DNA of 62,928 bases, filler included, from Licmophora abbreviata (GCA_900291995.1; 8 parts of 8 records of this genome joined end to end with filler, not necessarily neighbours in it), one strand, 5' to 3'; shown: positions 45,833 to 57,453, numbered from the whole stretch's first letter. Translations and numbers: made by a program. The notes: generated by a model from the letters alone, not told the origin.

Positions 45833-46241
45833 GATCGGTGTGAGTAACAGGCGAGCAGAAAGCTATTCAACAGCTGCAATTGGCGGGACAGGGGAATGAG
45901 GTGTTGAACACTTCATCCACCATCATGGTTCGGCTCTCGCGGTCGGCGTCAGGCGTCGTCAGTCACAGCGAAAAGTGAAAAGTCGGGGATGAAGAGCTCG
46001 AAGGAATGACGAGCTCGTGAGCCTAGCGATGCAGGCAGGATGCAGGAATAATGTTCTTGTCGGTGTATCATTGAGGTGATGTAGACATGAACGACGATAG
46101 ACTATACATTGGACATGGAGACGTAATAGCGAGATACTGACAAAACTACTGCTACTTTCTTCTTCAGTCGACCGGGCTGAACGAAGAGAGTGAACCCTGA
46201 ACCACCACCAACTACTACTGCTTCCAAACAGGGGCATCCTC

Positions 46242-47234
46242 CTAGCAACACAAGCAGCCACGGCCACTACTGGAGGCTACTTCAGGAAACGTGACACCGC
46301 ATAGGCGACGGGTGTCTTTCACCGCTGGAGCAGTTCCCGTAATTGCAGCCCTCCGTGGTAGGTCGTATGAGTCCGCAGCGCTCAAATCGACCTGGTATCC
46401 CAAGTCAATCAAACTCGCAATCGTCTGAGAATAGACAGGTTAGTGAGACGGGTCGACTCGCAGTCATACCAACAATGGCAATTGCACTTACCATTCGACT
46501 CATGGGCATGTCTGTGCGTTCGGCGAGGCCTGTCATGAGCTCTTCGTCAAAGACGGCTTCACGCCAATGTCCCTCACGAGTACCCGGACCACCCGTGTTG
46601 GCAACGGGAATGCGTTTGAGTCCAGACTCGCCCAACAGAGTCGCATACTCTTTCATGGCGTTTTCTCCCGTGAACTCTGGATTGTTGGTACCGGCACCCG
46701 CCAGGAGGCCCTTTGTCTTCCATAGTGTTCCAACTCCCAGCACGTGGCCCTGCAACAACAACAAGAAAGAGGTGCGAAACGCAGAATGAGATCCTTCACT
46801 CTGAAGCTGTACATCCAGCCTATAAATTACCACACCATTTCATGAAGAATCACATCGTCCAGGGTACCGTTGCGTTGCAAAGAGGCCAGATCGGCAGTGT
46901 CAAACTCCATGATCCCCGAATAGGGTATGCCGTTGGAAGGACGCACCGCCGTCGGTCCAGCTCGTCCCAGCACAGATCCAGTTCCGTCGATACGAATTCC
47001 CGATGCTTGAATCCTCAATCCCTCAATACGAGTACCATTCGGTAGATTGACCGGAGCGATGTTGTCCGCACGAATCACGCGCCCCCAACGGGCCGCCGCC
47101 GCAGTGAAGATCTTCTTTTGTTCTTCCGAAAGACCAGAGTACTCCAACTCAATCTTGAAGTCTCCGCTACCCGACGGAGTTTCCTCCTCTTGTCCTCCTG
47201 CTCCACCGCCCATTCCGATACAAAAGTTGCCCAT
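46242..47234 (-). CDS. Leishmanolysin-related (M8-like) zinc metallopeptidase; 3 exons, 279 aa
   Basis: Exons 47234-46836, 46749-46492, 46424-46242. VLGRAGP, HEM|GHVLG (HExxH), GHWRE, ELMTG (Met-turn), TIASLIDLGY. Starts MGNFC and ends GCLCC. Confidence 0.9.
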
Positions 47235-47839
47235 TGTCAGTCAATAGTGGCGTTGTGTAGCTTTGATGAGAAGCTTACTGTGATGCGCGTAGTTTGACTC
47301 GTGGTGGGGAAGTCTTGGAAAAGAAAAGAGACGACCGTCCCGTCGACGAGATGGCGCGCCAAACTTGAGCTTAGCGCGCTCAATTCCAAGCGGTCACCAC
47401 CCCGATGTTTTGTGGCTCGGATAAATAACACATTGATCATACCAGGTATGTCATACCAGGTAGCGAGGGGGAGTGCGCCGACCAGACGTTTCGAATCGTT
47501 CGAATCGTACCCATCGCGCTGACGGGCGGCGTCTGAAAAGGGAGCCTTGCTTCTAACCTTCTCAGCACAACCCAAAACACGACGCTGAAAGCAGACAATG
47601 AATGTTACAGTACCAGGTAGAGTGATTGAACTAGCTAATACTGATAAAAGAGTAGCTATCATAGGTACCCTGCAATCGCGAGTAGTTTGAGTTGTTTAAC
47701 TCGCTCTAGCTACTACTAGTAGTTTTGGCTCTGCAATATAATATGTAGTAGGAAACCATGTAACATGAGCATGTACGCCAGAGCGCCAGTACCGGAGGAG
47801 CTGTCGGCCCTTGGCTATCTGAGGATACCACTTCCTCTG

Positions 47840-48280
47840 CTACTTAGGTGGAGGCCCAATGCGACATCCACGCCTGTGGTTGCAGCTTGCGCATGCGAGT
47901 CGAAGATTCTCAGTCTTGTTGGACCCGCCCAATCCAAGAGGCAACATATGTTCGATCGTGAGGAGTTCGAAAGCAAACGCCTTGTGGCACCAATGACAAC
48001 ATGTACCGTACTGCCTCAAGAGCGTCCGTTTCTTGCTCGCTTTCTGTTTCGAGCCCATCCTACTGACACGCTTGGATCTTTTGTTGCAGTTGTCACCATA
48101 CGGAACAAGATCAGATGGCATCAATTGCCCCATCAAATGAGCAGAGAGCGCATCAAATTTTCCACGCACTTTACCCTTCCCACTGAACTCACCTCGCATA
48201 GTACGTGGCAGGGCCAATACTCGTTTCATCCAGTTCATGACGTGTGTTCTGTCTTGTGATCTCTCTGGATTCCGGGACAT
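47840..48280 (-). CDS. HNH endonuclease (McrA-like, Zn-binding), 146 aa
   Basis: CHWC…LTIEHMLPLGLGGSNKTENLRLACASCNHRRG. Basic N-terminus, no intron. Confidence 0.85.
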   Translation of the reverse strand: MSRNPERSQDRTHVMNWMKRVLALPRTMRGEFSGKGKVRGKFDALSAHLMGQLMPSDLVPYGDNCNKRSKRVSRMGSKQKASKKRTLLRQYGTCCHWCHKAFAFELLTIEHMLPLGLGGSNKTENLRLACASCNHRRGCRIGPPPK

Positions 48281-48672
48281 GGCGATACGAGCCGGCGTGT
48301 CTAGTTAAAACCGCTTCAACAAGGCCCATCCATAACTCGCGCAAGACTACGAGCACATCCAAGTCGCCGCCGGAAGCAGCCGACCACACCTCCCCACTTC
48401 CTCCATGACACTCCCCGGGTTTTGTTTTGCTGTACCATCTGACGATGTAACGATACACACTGTAACATTACGGTACGCCAGTCAAGACCAAGTGTCAAAT
48501 TTCAAACCAACGGCGTGGCATCCGTACCGCGCTTTGCGGACGCAGCACTGACTGTCGCGCCCACGGAAAAAGTTGTCGGTGATGTAGCGCGGCGGCGGCG
48601 CGGACCATGATATCAGCAGGATGTGACACATTCGTCGGTCTTCCATTTGAGACCTTCATCACTGTCGCCACC

Positions 48673-49785
48673 ATGCTGGTAGTAGGACGCCTCCGACTCG
48701 CTTCATGTAGAAGAGTGATCATCACGGGTGTCAGGATTGCGCAAACGAATAAGAAGATTGACGTTGCAAACGCGCAACGGCGGCAGTGGACAAGCCAAAG
48801 CATAGCAAGGTCGTCCTCGCCCACCGCCACAAGCTGTCCCATCATCCTCAGTGAACGACCCTTCCAAACTGCCATCGGTGTGGTGCTGTTCTCTTCGTCA
48901 GCGATAGCTATTGCTACAATAGCAGCAACGCCCACGACCTCGACGTGTCAGTCGGGACAACGGAAGGGCGCCGTTACGAAACCACCGCGATTCGGTAGAT
49001 CTGTGCGATACCTTTCTCGGAACGCGAGTGAAACTGATGCAAGCGTCCACAAGGATGCCGAAGACAAAACTTCATCGGTCCCACAACAACCACACGAGAG
49101 TGACGACCGCGAACACTGTCCCCTCTGTCAGAAGTACAGTCAAGGTCCGTGTGGGGACCTCTTTGTCCAGTGGCTGGATTGTACGGACGCTCATCCGGGT
49201 GTGAACCCCAAGACCAAGGTCGAATTCCACTTGGAACACTGTCAGCATCTGGGGGAACCACTCGCAGAATGTTTGCGTCAGCACGAGACATACTACCAAA
49301 ATGCGAGTAGGATATCATTGCAGGAGGACGATACCGAGGTTGGTGAAGAGGAAGCTACCAATACTAGTGGGAACGAGTCCGACGACGACTCACTGTTGCG
49401 AGACGACTGGGAGGATGCCATTCAAAAGATAGAGGCGTCCAAGTCCAAGCGTCCCTTTCCTTCTGCAATCACTCCACATTCCGAACTGCGGCCCAGTACT
49501 AGTACGGGCATGGTCGCCTTTTCCTACGAACACGAGGGACGGCCCTTAATGCTAGCCTATGTCAAGGACGATGCTGCCGCAGACACTTTGCTGGCGGCTG
49601 GGTCCTATCAAGACTTGTGGGAGTGGAAGGACAATCTTGGTATTCTGCGATTGCAAGTGTCGCCCGAAACAACCACCTCTCTGTCAATGTATGCCTTGTA
49701 TGAAGCAGAACAGGAAGAGGACGAAGTCATATTTGTACACAGTGAGCGTGTACCCACGACGAGCGGGGTTGCAGCAGGACGATGA
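48673..49785 (+). CDS. GCK-domain (Cys-rich) protein, probably mitochondrial
   Basis: CPLCQKYSQGPCGDLFVQWLDC…HCQHLGEPLAECLRQHETYY. Basic leader followed by a TM segment. Confidence 0.72.
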   Translation: MLVVGRLRLASCRRVIITGVRIAQTNKKIDVANAQRRQWTSQSIARSSSPTATSCPIILSERPFQTAIGVVLFSSSAIAIATIAATPTTSTCQSGQRKGAVTKPPRFGRSVRYLSRNASETDASVHKDAEDKTSSVPQQPHESDDREHCPLCQKYSQGPCGDLFVQWLDCTDAHPGVNPKTKVEFHLEHCQHLGEPLAECLRQHETYYQNASRISLQEDDTEVGEEEATNTSGNESDDDSLLRDDWEDAIQKIEASKSKRPFPSAITPHSELRPSTSTGMVAFSYEHEGRPLMLAYVKDDAAADTLLAAGSYQDLWEWKDNLGILRLQVSPETTTSLSMYALYEAEQEEDEVIFVHSERVPTTSGVAAGR

Positions 49786-49867
49786 GACGACACAAAAACA
49801 TGGAAACTACTGAGTCTGGCATATTACTACTAGTCGTGAAAGGTCCGTCAACGTAGATAGACGGACT

Positions 49868-51990
49868 TTACTCTAGTCGACGACGTTTAGCTCGGGGATG
49901 CTCCACCTCCACTTCCTCTAACATCGTCTGCACACTGCGCTTACGATAAAGCATGTCCATGACCGCAGTCGTCAATCGTGTCGTCCAACTCATCGTGTCC
50001 TTTGCCTTTTCAGCCTGCTTGATATTGCTGAAGCGCTCCTCGACCGAAACGATGGTCGAACCTGCAAATTTCGTCTCGAGCGCTCGACGAATCAACCGTC
50101 CGTGATTGCGAGTAGTCTCCGCGTCGTATCGTTCCTTGTTGCACAGGAGGAACGTCGTGTCGTCCACCCAAATGATGGACGTCTGAATGGGATGGGGGTC
50201 GTTTGGAGAGGTCAAGCTTGCTACACTCAGTACAATGTCTCTCGTATTGACCGATGAATTGATGCCAGAAATGTGGAATGAAGAGGTCGGCGACATGTTG
50301 CTGCTCAAGGGATCCGAATCCGGATCCTCCAGATCAATCGTATAAATGGTTTGCATCAAATGGAGCTGTGAAGAAAGCAAACGAGAAAGAGGGCGTGTCA
50401 GTGAATGATTTCCAGAACATCCGATCATGTCCAGTCGAGCACAACCGCAATGCATGATCACTCACCATGTTCCTTCCGTACAGCGACTTGGCCTCTGTAT
50501 TTTCTAGCGGTTCTAGCAAGGGCGGAAGACCAACCACGTCGTCCAGTCCGGTTATCTCTTTAGAATCAGATTCATTTCCTTCACTGATTTGCCGAATCAT
50601 CCCAACGAACACGCAGCCAGTCATGAAGGCATCGTAGGAAGCTTCGTGATCTTGCTCGAATTCGTCCCCGCCTCCACTGACAAGATAGCGGGACAAAGCA
50701 TTCGAGGGGTTTTGGGTTACTAGCTTCGGGTAGAGATTGGAGAGTGTACTCCGCTCAGCTGCCATTGCCGGTCCGCAAAACTCGGTCGCGAGCGACTTGG
50801 TGTCGTACACTACGGGAAAATGGTGAGCTACCATTGCCTTCATTTGGTCGTAGGACTCCGGCAGTTTGTGCTTGTAAAAGTGCGTCATGAGAAATAACAA
50901 ATCCATGTAACCATTGTGAACGACAATAGGCACATTCCGGCGAAGCCTCTCGAGACGCGGCTTGGCATCGAGGTCCACCTGATCCGCGTTCTCCGCTAGC
51001 ACCAAGGAGTCCACCTCCCGGTATCCTCGACAAGCATTGCTGATTGCGCGAAAGACTCTCCAGAGCCCCACCTGCTTGATGAGCGCCTCCCATCCTTCCT
51101 CTCGGAGTCTGATCGCACGGATTTCCCGTTCTTCGGCATCCATCCGTAGCACCTGAAGCTGATCCTTTCCCACCTTCTCCACGACAAGCGCCGGGTACTC
51201 CAACTCAATACTCTCGTACAACGCCCGCCGCAGAAACGAATTACAAGAAGGTAGAAGAAGTGCCGATCCTTCGTCACTATGTATCGCGCTATCGCGTCTT
51301 TGATTTCGTGCTGAATCCAACCACTCGCGAACGGACGCCATAGTTCGAGCCACAAAGTTGATGTCTTCGCGCTTGGTCAGTTCTACCCTGCGTCGATGCG
51401 GATTGTGCGGCTTGATGACATTTTCTTCTGCCTCTTTGCGACGATCCTCTCTGTACTTTTCAACCAGCCCTTCAACTTTTTCCGTCGTGACATACGAAAC
51501 GCCCTGCTTGGCCCAGAGGTTGAAACTCATGTTATGTTCAGCAAGGAAGGCGACAGTAGATGGATTCATTGTCACTTCCCGCGTCAAACGACCGTCACTT
51601 GGTGGAAAGCCGTAAAAGTTATACCGCCGCACCAAGAAATCAGGACCTACATCAGAGTTTGGATCATAGTCAGGATGCCTGTGAAACAAGACGACGCCCA
51701 GTTGAACAATCGAGTAACGTTCGGGTACCGCTTTGTTGCTCTGATAGCGCTGCGACGGGGTGTGGTGCTGGGGCGGCCTCTTTTGCCTTGGAAGCTGGAT
51801 TCCAGTCATTTCTTCGTCGATCGCGACAAAGGCAGCCGTCGGGAGGTGCTGGAGCAAGTCATTGCTTTGCTGTTGGGGCGTGGGTATGACATAGCGACTT
51901 TGGTGAGAGTGATGTCAACACACAAAAGTATATTCACAAAACTGGCGACGATCGTACCTCGATAAAATTAGACTTTGTCACATTCACCAT
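49868..51990 (-). CDS. PARN: Poly(A)-specific ribonuclease (CAF1/DEDD family); 3 exons, ~644 aa
   Basis: Exons 51990-51958 (MVNVTKSNFIE), 51869-50466, 50365-49868. FVAIDEEMTGI, VHNGYMDL, YDTK, HEASYDAFMTG, R3H-like CNSFLRRALY, RRM-like WVDDT. Confidence 0.92.
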
Positions 51991-52492
51991 TTTCGATTCA
52001 ATGGAGGGTCAGGGAGACGAAAGGGATGGAGATCGGGAGCGAAGCGATCTCTTGTCGCGGCAAAGTAAGTGTGAGCCTCACATTTATTTCACATTCGCGC
52101 TCATCTCATCACTCAGCCAACAAAATCCTCTCCAAGCGCATACTCGTACGATACGATTGGCGGATGGCGAAGTCTTGAAATTTTCAGGCCTCGTACTTCG
52201 CACACCGTTCCCCCAAACATCGTGGGATGCTTCCTCGTGTGCGAGGATCCATCCAATGCTCTCAGTCGTGGGAAGCTATATTGATCAACAGCTATGAGGG
52301 TCGTGTTCTACTCACATTTTGCGAGTCGGACGAGGGAACACTCCAAAACAGAGTGGAGTATCATCTCAACCCGTCAAAGCTGTCGCGCTTCGTAAAATAA
52401 CTATCTGAATTTAGTCATACATCGAGTCGCAATCACCTTTGTGGGAAACAAGAGCGTTCTGTTGGATGGTGGCTCTTCCCGTAGAGAAGACG

Positions 52493-53830
52493 ATGAACGA
52501 CGCGCTGCCGAAGTTCGAAACGCACCTCGACCGATCGCACGCAAGCGATCATCTGTCACCCATGGTGTCGCCCCTCAGCGGTCTTTCCACAAACGACAGC
52601 AACCCGCAATCGACGACGTTATCACCATCGAGCGGTAAAGAGGAAATCGAAGCCGCAGTTGTACTCATAAGCCTCCCATCCACCAAACTGTGTCGTATGC
52701 AGGCACCCCCATTCATCCCAGACATCTTAGCCGATGTACCCCTATGCATTGCGATGGATCCAGGCAACGAAGAATCTCGACCAACAAGTCCCTTGTCACC
52801 TCGTCACAGTAGTCGAGCGGCTTCCATCCCCGCTTTCGTCGGCGCAAATGATCGGCCCACCCAAACAAACAGTAGAAACACCTCGCTGTATCTTCCTGAA
52901 GACCACGATTCGCTATCGCAACTTCATTGCTTCATGCGACGCTACTGTGTCGAGGCTTTCAGTGCCACCGAGAAAGATGTTGCGATTCCTCGCTACGGCA
53001 AGGCTCACGGAGTCAAGGTCGTCGTTGGGCAGGTGGGTATCCGCTGCCTTCACTGTCGTCATCTTTCACCACTGCTCCAACCGGAACGGTCCGTCAGCTA
53101 CCCATCGACGCTTCGAAACATTTATCATTCGATTGAAACGTGGCAAAGGCGCCATTCCCCTCGATGCATGCACATTCCAGGTTGGATCAAAAGAGAGCTG
53201 GTGGATCTGCTTCAGCTTTCCAGAACCGGGGCCGGAGGCCGCCGGCAGTACTGGGAAGACTCAGCCAGGAGGCTTGGACTCGTCGACACTCCGCATGGAA
53301 TTCGCTTCTCCTGCGATCCCGCCACGGAGATGAGAATGATGTCTGCGCAAGTAAGACCGCCACAAGTACGGGAAATCCACCCGGTCCCGTCCGTGCTGGT
53401 ACAAGAAGCCGACAAGTCACTTGTCAGTGACTTTCTGTACTTGCTCATACTTCAGATGGAGCGGTGCGTCTTTACGGAAGAGGATCGTGCCGGAGGAAGA
53501 AGTAAGGTCAAGGACTGTGCTGTAGGGTTCTCAGGAATGCAGTGTATGCACTGTCAAGGCAAGGCTGGGTATGGCCGTTACTTCCCATCATCGCTCGAGG
53601 CACTCGCACTTGCCAACTCTGATCGCAACATTTACAATCACATTCGAAAGTGTCGCAGGTGTCCGAGTTCCGTACGACAGAAGCTCGAGACCCATCATCG
53701 CGAGCACGCCGACCGTACCTCCAAGCATAAGCGAGGCTCCCGCAAGCTCTTTTTCTCGCGAGTCTGGCAGCGCATTCACGCATGCGATGAGAATGACGGG
53801 AGCGATAGTGGAAACCTAGACTATGCATAG
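52493..53830 (+). CDS. Protein with two Cys/His putative Zn-binding repeats (diatom-type)
   Basis: Repeat 1: GQVGIRCLHC…YPS…HSPRC. Repeat 2: GFSGMQCMHC…YFPS…HIRKCRRCP. Start uncertain. Confidence 0.75.
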   Translation: MNDALPKFETHLDRSHASDHLSPMVSPLSGLSTNDSNPQSTTLSPSSGKEEIEAAVVLISLPSTKLCRMQAPPFIPDILADVPLCIAMDPGNEESRPTSPLSPRHSSRAASIPAFVGANDRPTQTNSRNTSLYLPEDHDSLSQLHCFMRRYCVEAFSATEKDVAIPRYGKAHGVKVVVGQVGIRCLHCRHLSPLLQPERSVSYPSTLRNIYHSIETWQRRHSPRCMHIPGWIKRELVDLLQLSRTGAGGRRQYWEDSARRLGLVDTPHGIRFSCDPATEMRMMSAQVRPPQVREIHPVPSVLVQEADKSLVSDFLYLLILQMERCVFTEEDRAGGRSKVKDCAVGFSGMQCMHCQGKAGYGRYFPSSLEALALANSDRNIYNHIRKCRRCPSSVRQKLETHHREHADRTSKHKRGSRKLFFSRVWQRIHACDENDGSDSGNLDYA

Positions 53831-53849
53831 CAAACTGTAGCTCGCACTT

Positions 53850-54896
53850 TTACAAGTTCTTGGGCATAAATCCTGTATCTTTCGACTTGTTCTTTTTGCG
53901 TCGTTTCGCCAGAGCCTTTGCGACGGCCTTGTCGCCACCTCGTTTTCGAAGCTCTTCAAACTTGGCCTCAAGCTCGAGTCGCTTCTGTTCCCTTCTCTTC
54001 AAATAGTACACGCCACTCTTCCCAGTAGCCACATCGTCTCTTATTTTGCGTTTGACCGCCTGCTTCGCTGCTCGCTCGACCTGAGATCGCTCATAGCTGG
54101 CCTTTTCTTGCTGCAGTCGTTTCAGTTCGGCCTGATCATGCTCTAAGCTTCCAGATTCCGTCAGCCCCAATTTCCGTCGAAGTTTCTGCCCCTTTCTTCC
54201 AGCAGTCTTTCGCGCCGCGATGTGTCGCTTCAATGTGTCCATTTCTTTTTCGCGTACAGTCTGCAGAAAGGCATAATTGTGGTCAAACTGATCTTGTTGC
54301 AAGTGACCGCTCATGCTGGACAGGCGTGGATCTCGCGGTTTGTACCGATGTGCATTAATTTCGACACCAACACCCGAAGAATTGATTGACTGTGCCTTTC
54401 GATGTGCAGACCGTCGCGAGGACACTTCGGTAGGAGCATGTTTGGATTTTCGCTTTTCATCGGTGGGTATTTGCGTTTCGTCTTTTGTCTTTTGCTTGTA
54501 GGTGGCGAGGCGTTCCGATGCTACCTTGAGGGCCAGCTTCTTGCGTTCGCGGGCATCCCGACGAGCCTTGTGCGACCGACCGGCGTCACGCTGGCGTTGC
54601 CGAAGCTCCTCCAGTGGCAAGTCGTCTTGCTCCTCCTCGCGTGACTCTTCGCCGTCGCTACTATCGCTGTCATTTCGAGCCACATCGGCTACCTCGTCAC
54701 CATCGCTCGTATCCGAGCTACTGCCATCGTCAGTGTCGCTGTCACTGTCGCAACTTTCGTCCAGCGAAACACTGTCGTCAGTCGGAAGGTCCATCATGCC
54801 ATGTTCATCGCCTTCTTGTTCGGAGGGCGTCGACGAATCATCGTCTGACGCGATGTCGCGGCTTTTTCCTCGGTCTTCACCGCCGGTCGCCATCAT
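53850..54896 (-). CDS. RRP36: rRNA biogenesis protein RRP36
   Basis: Acidic N-terminus, KHAPTEVSSRR, RDPRLSSMSG, FDHNYAFL, YYLKR and a K-rich end. Confidence 0.88.
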   Translation of the reverse strand: MMATGGEDRGKSRDIASDDDSSTPSEQEGDEHGMMDLPTDDSVSLDESCDSDSDTDDGSSSDTSDGDEVADVARNDSDSSDGEESREEEQDDLPLEELRQRQRDAGRSHKARRDARERKKLALKVASERLATYKQKTKDETQIPTDEKRKSKHAPTEVSSRRSAHRKAQSINSSGVGVEINAHRYKPRDPRLSSMSGHLQQDQFDHNYAFLQTVREKEMDTLKRHIAARKTAGRKGQKLRRKLGLTESGSLEHDQAELKRLQQEKASYERSQVERAAKQAVKRKIRDDVATGKSGVYYLKRREQKRLELEAKFEELRKRGGDKAVAKALAKRRKKNKSKDTGFMPKNL

Positions 54897-55310
54897 CGTC
54901 GCTCGTCGTCTTGAATTCGAAAACTTGGAAAGCTCGAAAAGCATAAGAGCCGCAGCTCAAACGATTGGGTGGCTGCGAAGGGATGTGGCTAGGAATTTGG
55001 AACTTTGCTAAAAGTGCGCGCCCAAACTACAATTTTTGTTTCGCGGGCGTTGGGATTTATTTTTTTTATCACGTAACGTAGTAAGTAGTCCCACTTGGAG
55101 TACCACAGCGCGCGTCGTTGAATGCTACGTAATGATATTTTCTGCCTCTTTTTTTGAGTTTGTTTCTGTCCCGCCAAAAGATACACAAATCACGCAACGC
55201 TCACTCATCTGTCATTCTTTACACGCGATTGAGGAGAAGTGAACCTTCTTTGCACCTCTTGCCCACTCTTTGCCCCTCCTTTGATCCAACTAAAACATAA
55301 ACACACAAGG

Positions 55311-57453
55311 ATGATGACTGCCATGTCTGTTCGTTCGGTGCGAAAGCCCAAAGACGACCCTACGACGTCCGACGGCGTCATGAGCGACCTTGATCTCGAT
55401 CAAGACACAAACATTCACGATCAGTTGCCTCACCCTGACACAGTAAAGGGACGCGGTTCCGGAACCGCTCCCAAATTCTGGAGGCGCGTCATGATCATTG
55501 GACTTGTTTTGCTGCTTGTCCTCACTGTCGTCCTGATCCCCCTTGGCATCAAGGCCTCCAACTCCAAGAAAAGCCGCGGTGGCCAACAAGCACGCATGAA
55601 CGAAATCGAGACCTTCCTCTCGGACTATGTCAGCCAGGATGCCTTGACCGACGCCTCTTCCCCTCAGTTCAAGGCAGCCAACTGGATGGCGCATGAGGAC
55701 CTGATGCAGGTGCCCATCAGTCGTGGCGGAGAACGCTTCTTGCAGCGCTATTCGTTGGCGGTCCTCTATTTTGCCACACAAGGCGACGACTGGGCATATA
55801 CGGTCAACTTCTTGACTCAGCGCCACGAGTGCAACTGGCATCAGACGTTGTTGCGGGAGGACAACCAAGATGCGATCAACATGGGTGTCTACTGTGATGA
55901 AAATGAAAATGTCGAGACTATCCGACTTCGTAAGTGAAAAGTGTTGTGCAGATTTGATCGTCACATGCGTTGAGTCGGAAAACTCAACAGTGTTCTTCTT
56001 CTCGTATGTTAGAGGCACTTGGGCTTAGTGGTACTCTGCCTCCGCAGATCGCTTACTTCCATAAGCTGGAGACGCTCGCCTTGGATGGCAACAACCTCGT
56101 TGGTACCATTCCTCGTCTCAACGGACTGAACAAGCTTACGTCCCTCACGCTGACCCACAACGATCTCGGCGAGGCCCTCCCCAACTGGATGAGCACATTG
56201 TCATCGCTTCGCGTCTTGGCACTCTCTGACAATGGCTTCCACGGCACCATCCCTCAGTTGTGGTCTTCTCTCACCAAACTCCGTGAATTGGGTCTCGACA
56301 GCAACGAACTTCACGGACATCTCTTCCCTCTCATGTCTCTCACCTCTTTGGAGAAGATCTACCTCGAGGACAATGAGTTCACTGGATATGTTGGATCTGA
56401 AACCTTCATGCAAAAGATGCGAGCTTTGCAGATTCTTGACATTTCCAACAACAAAATGCAGGGAAGCGTGCCTGATCATCTATTGCGCTTGCCCAATTTG
56501 GAGATTCTGGATCTTTCACGCAACCAGTTGGTTGGCATTGAGCCCACAATTGCAAAAGGAACGTCCTTGAGGTTCTTGTCGTTGCATTCGAACTTGATTG
56601 AAGGCGCGATTCCGTCCAACATTCAAAAGTTGGAGAATCTCGAACATCTCGACTTGTCTTCGAATGACATGAGGGGAGTTATTCCTTCGACGATTGGAAA
56701 CTTGAAGAACATGACGTACTTGTTCTTGGCGGACAACACGAGATTCGAAGCTGGACCTGTGCCGAATTTCATTCGTGGAATGACCAATTTGCGAGAGCTG
56801 TCGTTGAAATTGACCGACCGAACTGGGCAGATTCCCGCGTGGTTGGGAGAATTGGAGCACTTGTTTTTGCTCGATCTCGACAACAATAACTTCCATGGCA
56901 AGATTCCGAAGGAGCTGAGCAGTCTGAAGAAACTCAATTTTCTGCTGCTTAACCGCAACGGACTCACCGGTGCTCTACCCGCGGAAATGGGCGACTTCTC
57001 CCAGCTGAGTAAGTTTTGCAATATGTTCCTGTGTGGGCGTATCCATGATGGGCTTCAGTCAGAAAGCTAACTTTCTCTTCCCTTTCTTGACCCTCAGAAA
57101 TGCTCATGATCAACAACAACACCATCACTGGAAACGCCGACGCCGTGTGTAAAAGTACAACAGACCAGGAGATTCAGGTCTTCGTGTCNNNNNNNNNNNN
57201 NNNNNNNNNNNNNNNNNNNNNNNNNNNNNNNNTTAATTAATTAANNNNNNNNNNNNNNNNNNNNNNNNNNNNNNNNNNNNNNNNNNNNCCAGAAATGACA
57301 TGCGAGTGTTGCAGCGAGTGTTGCCAAGACAGTGAGAAGTGCCGCGACGAAAAGCTGCTCGCGCACTTTGATGCTTCGTGGCAGAATGGATACGTCCGAG
57401 ACGATTTTTACTTTGCTGCCGACGTGACCTTTAGCAAAGTGAGGGGCTCGTGA
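55311..57453 (+). CDS. Type II membrane leucine-rich-repeat protein (diatom-type LRR family); 3 or more exons, spans a gap
   Basis: Introns 55930-56012 and 57009-57097. N-terminal TM, SPQFKAANW…LQRYSLAVLYFAT…HECNW, plant-type LxxLxLxxNxLxGxIP repeats. After the gap CECCSECC, stop at 57451-57453. Confidence 0.9.
57189..57288. other. Artificial scaffold spacer
   Basis: 44 N + TTAATTAATTAA + 44 N. Confidence 0.97.

Noticed and set aside
47489..47512. GTTCGAATC resembling a tRNA T-loop
   Set aside because: No pairing T-stem, acceptor stem or D-arm around it.
47237..47662. 141-aa ORF between the peptidase and the HNH gene
   Set aside because: No recognisable motif, and it overlaps the likely promoter and 5' UTR of the peptidase.
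47712..47723. Palindrome ACTACTAGTAGT as a possible element boundary
   Set aside because: Low-complexity ACT/AGT runs are common in this window, and no matching terminal repeat or target duplication was found.
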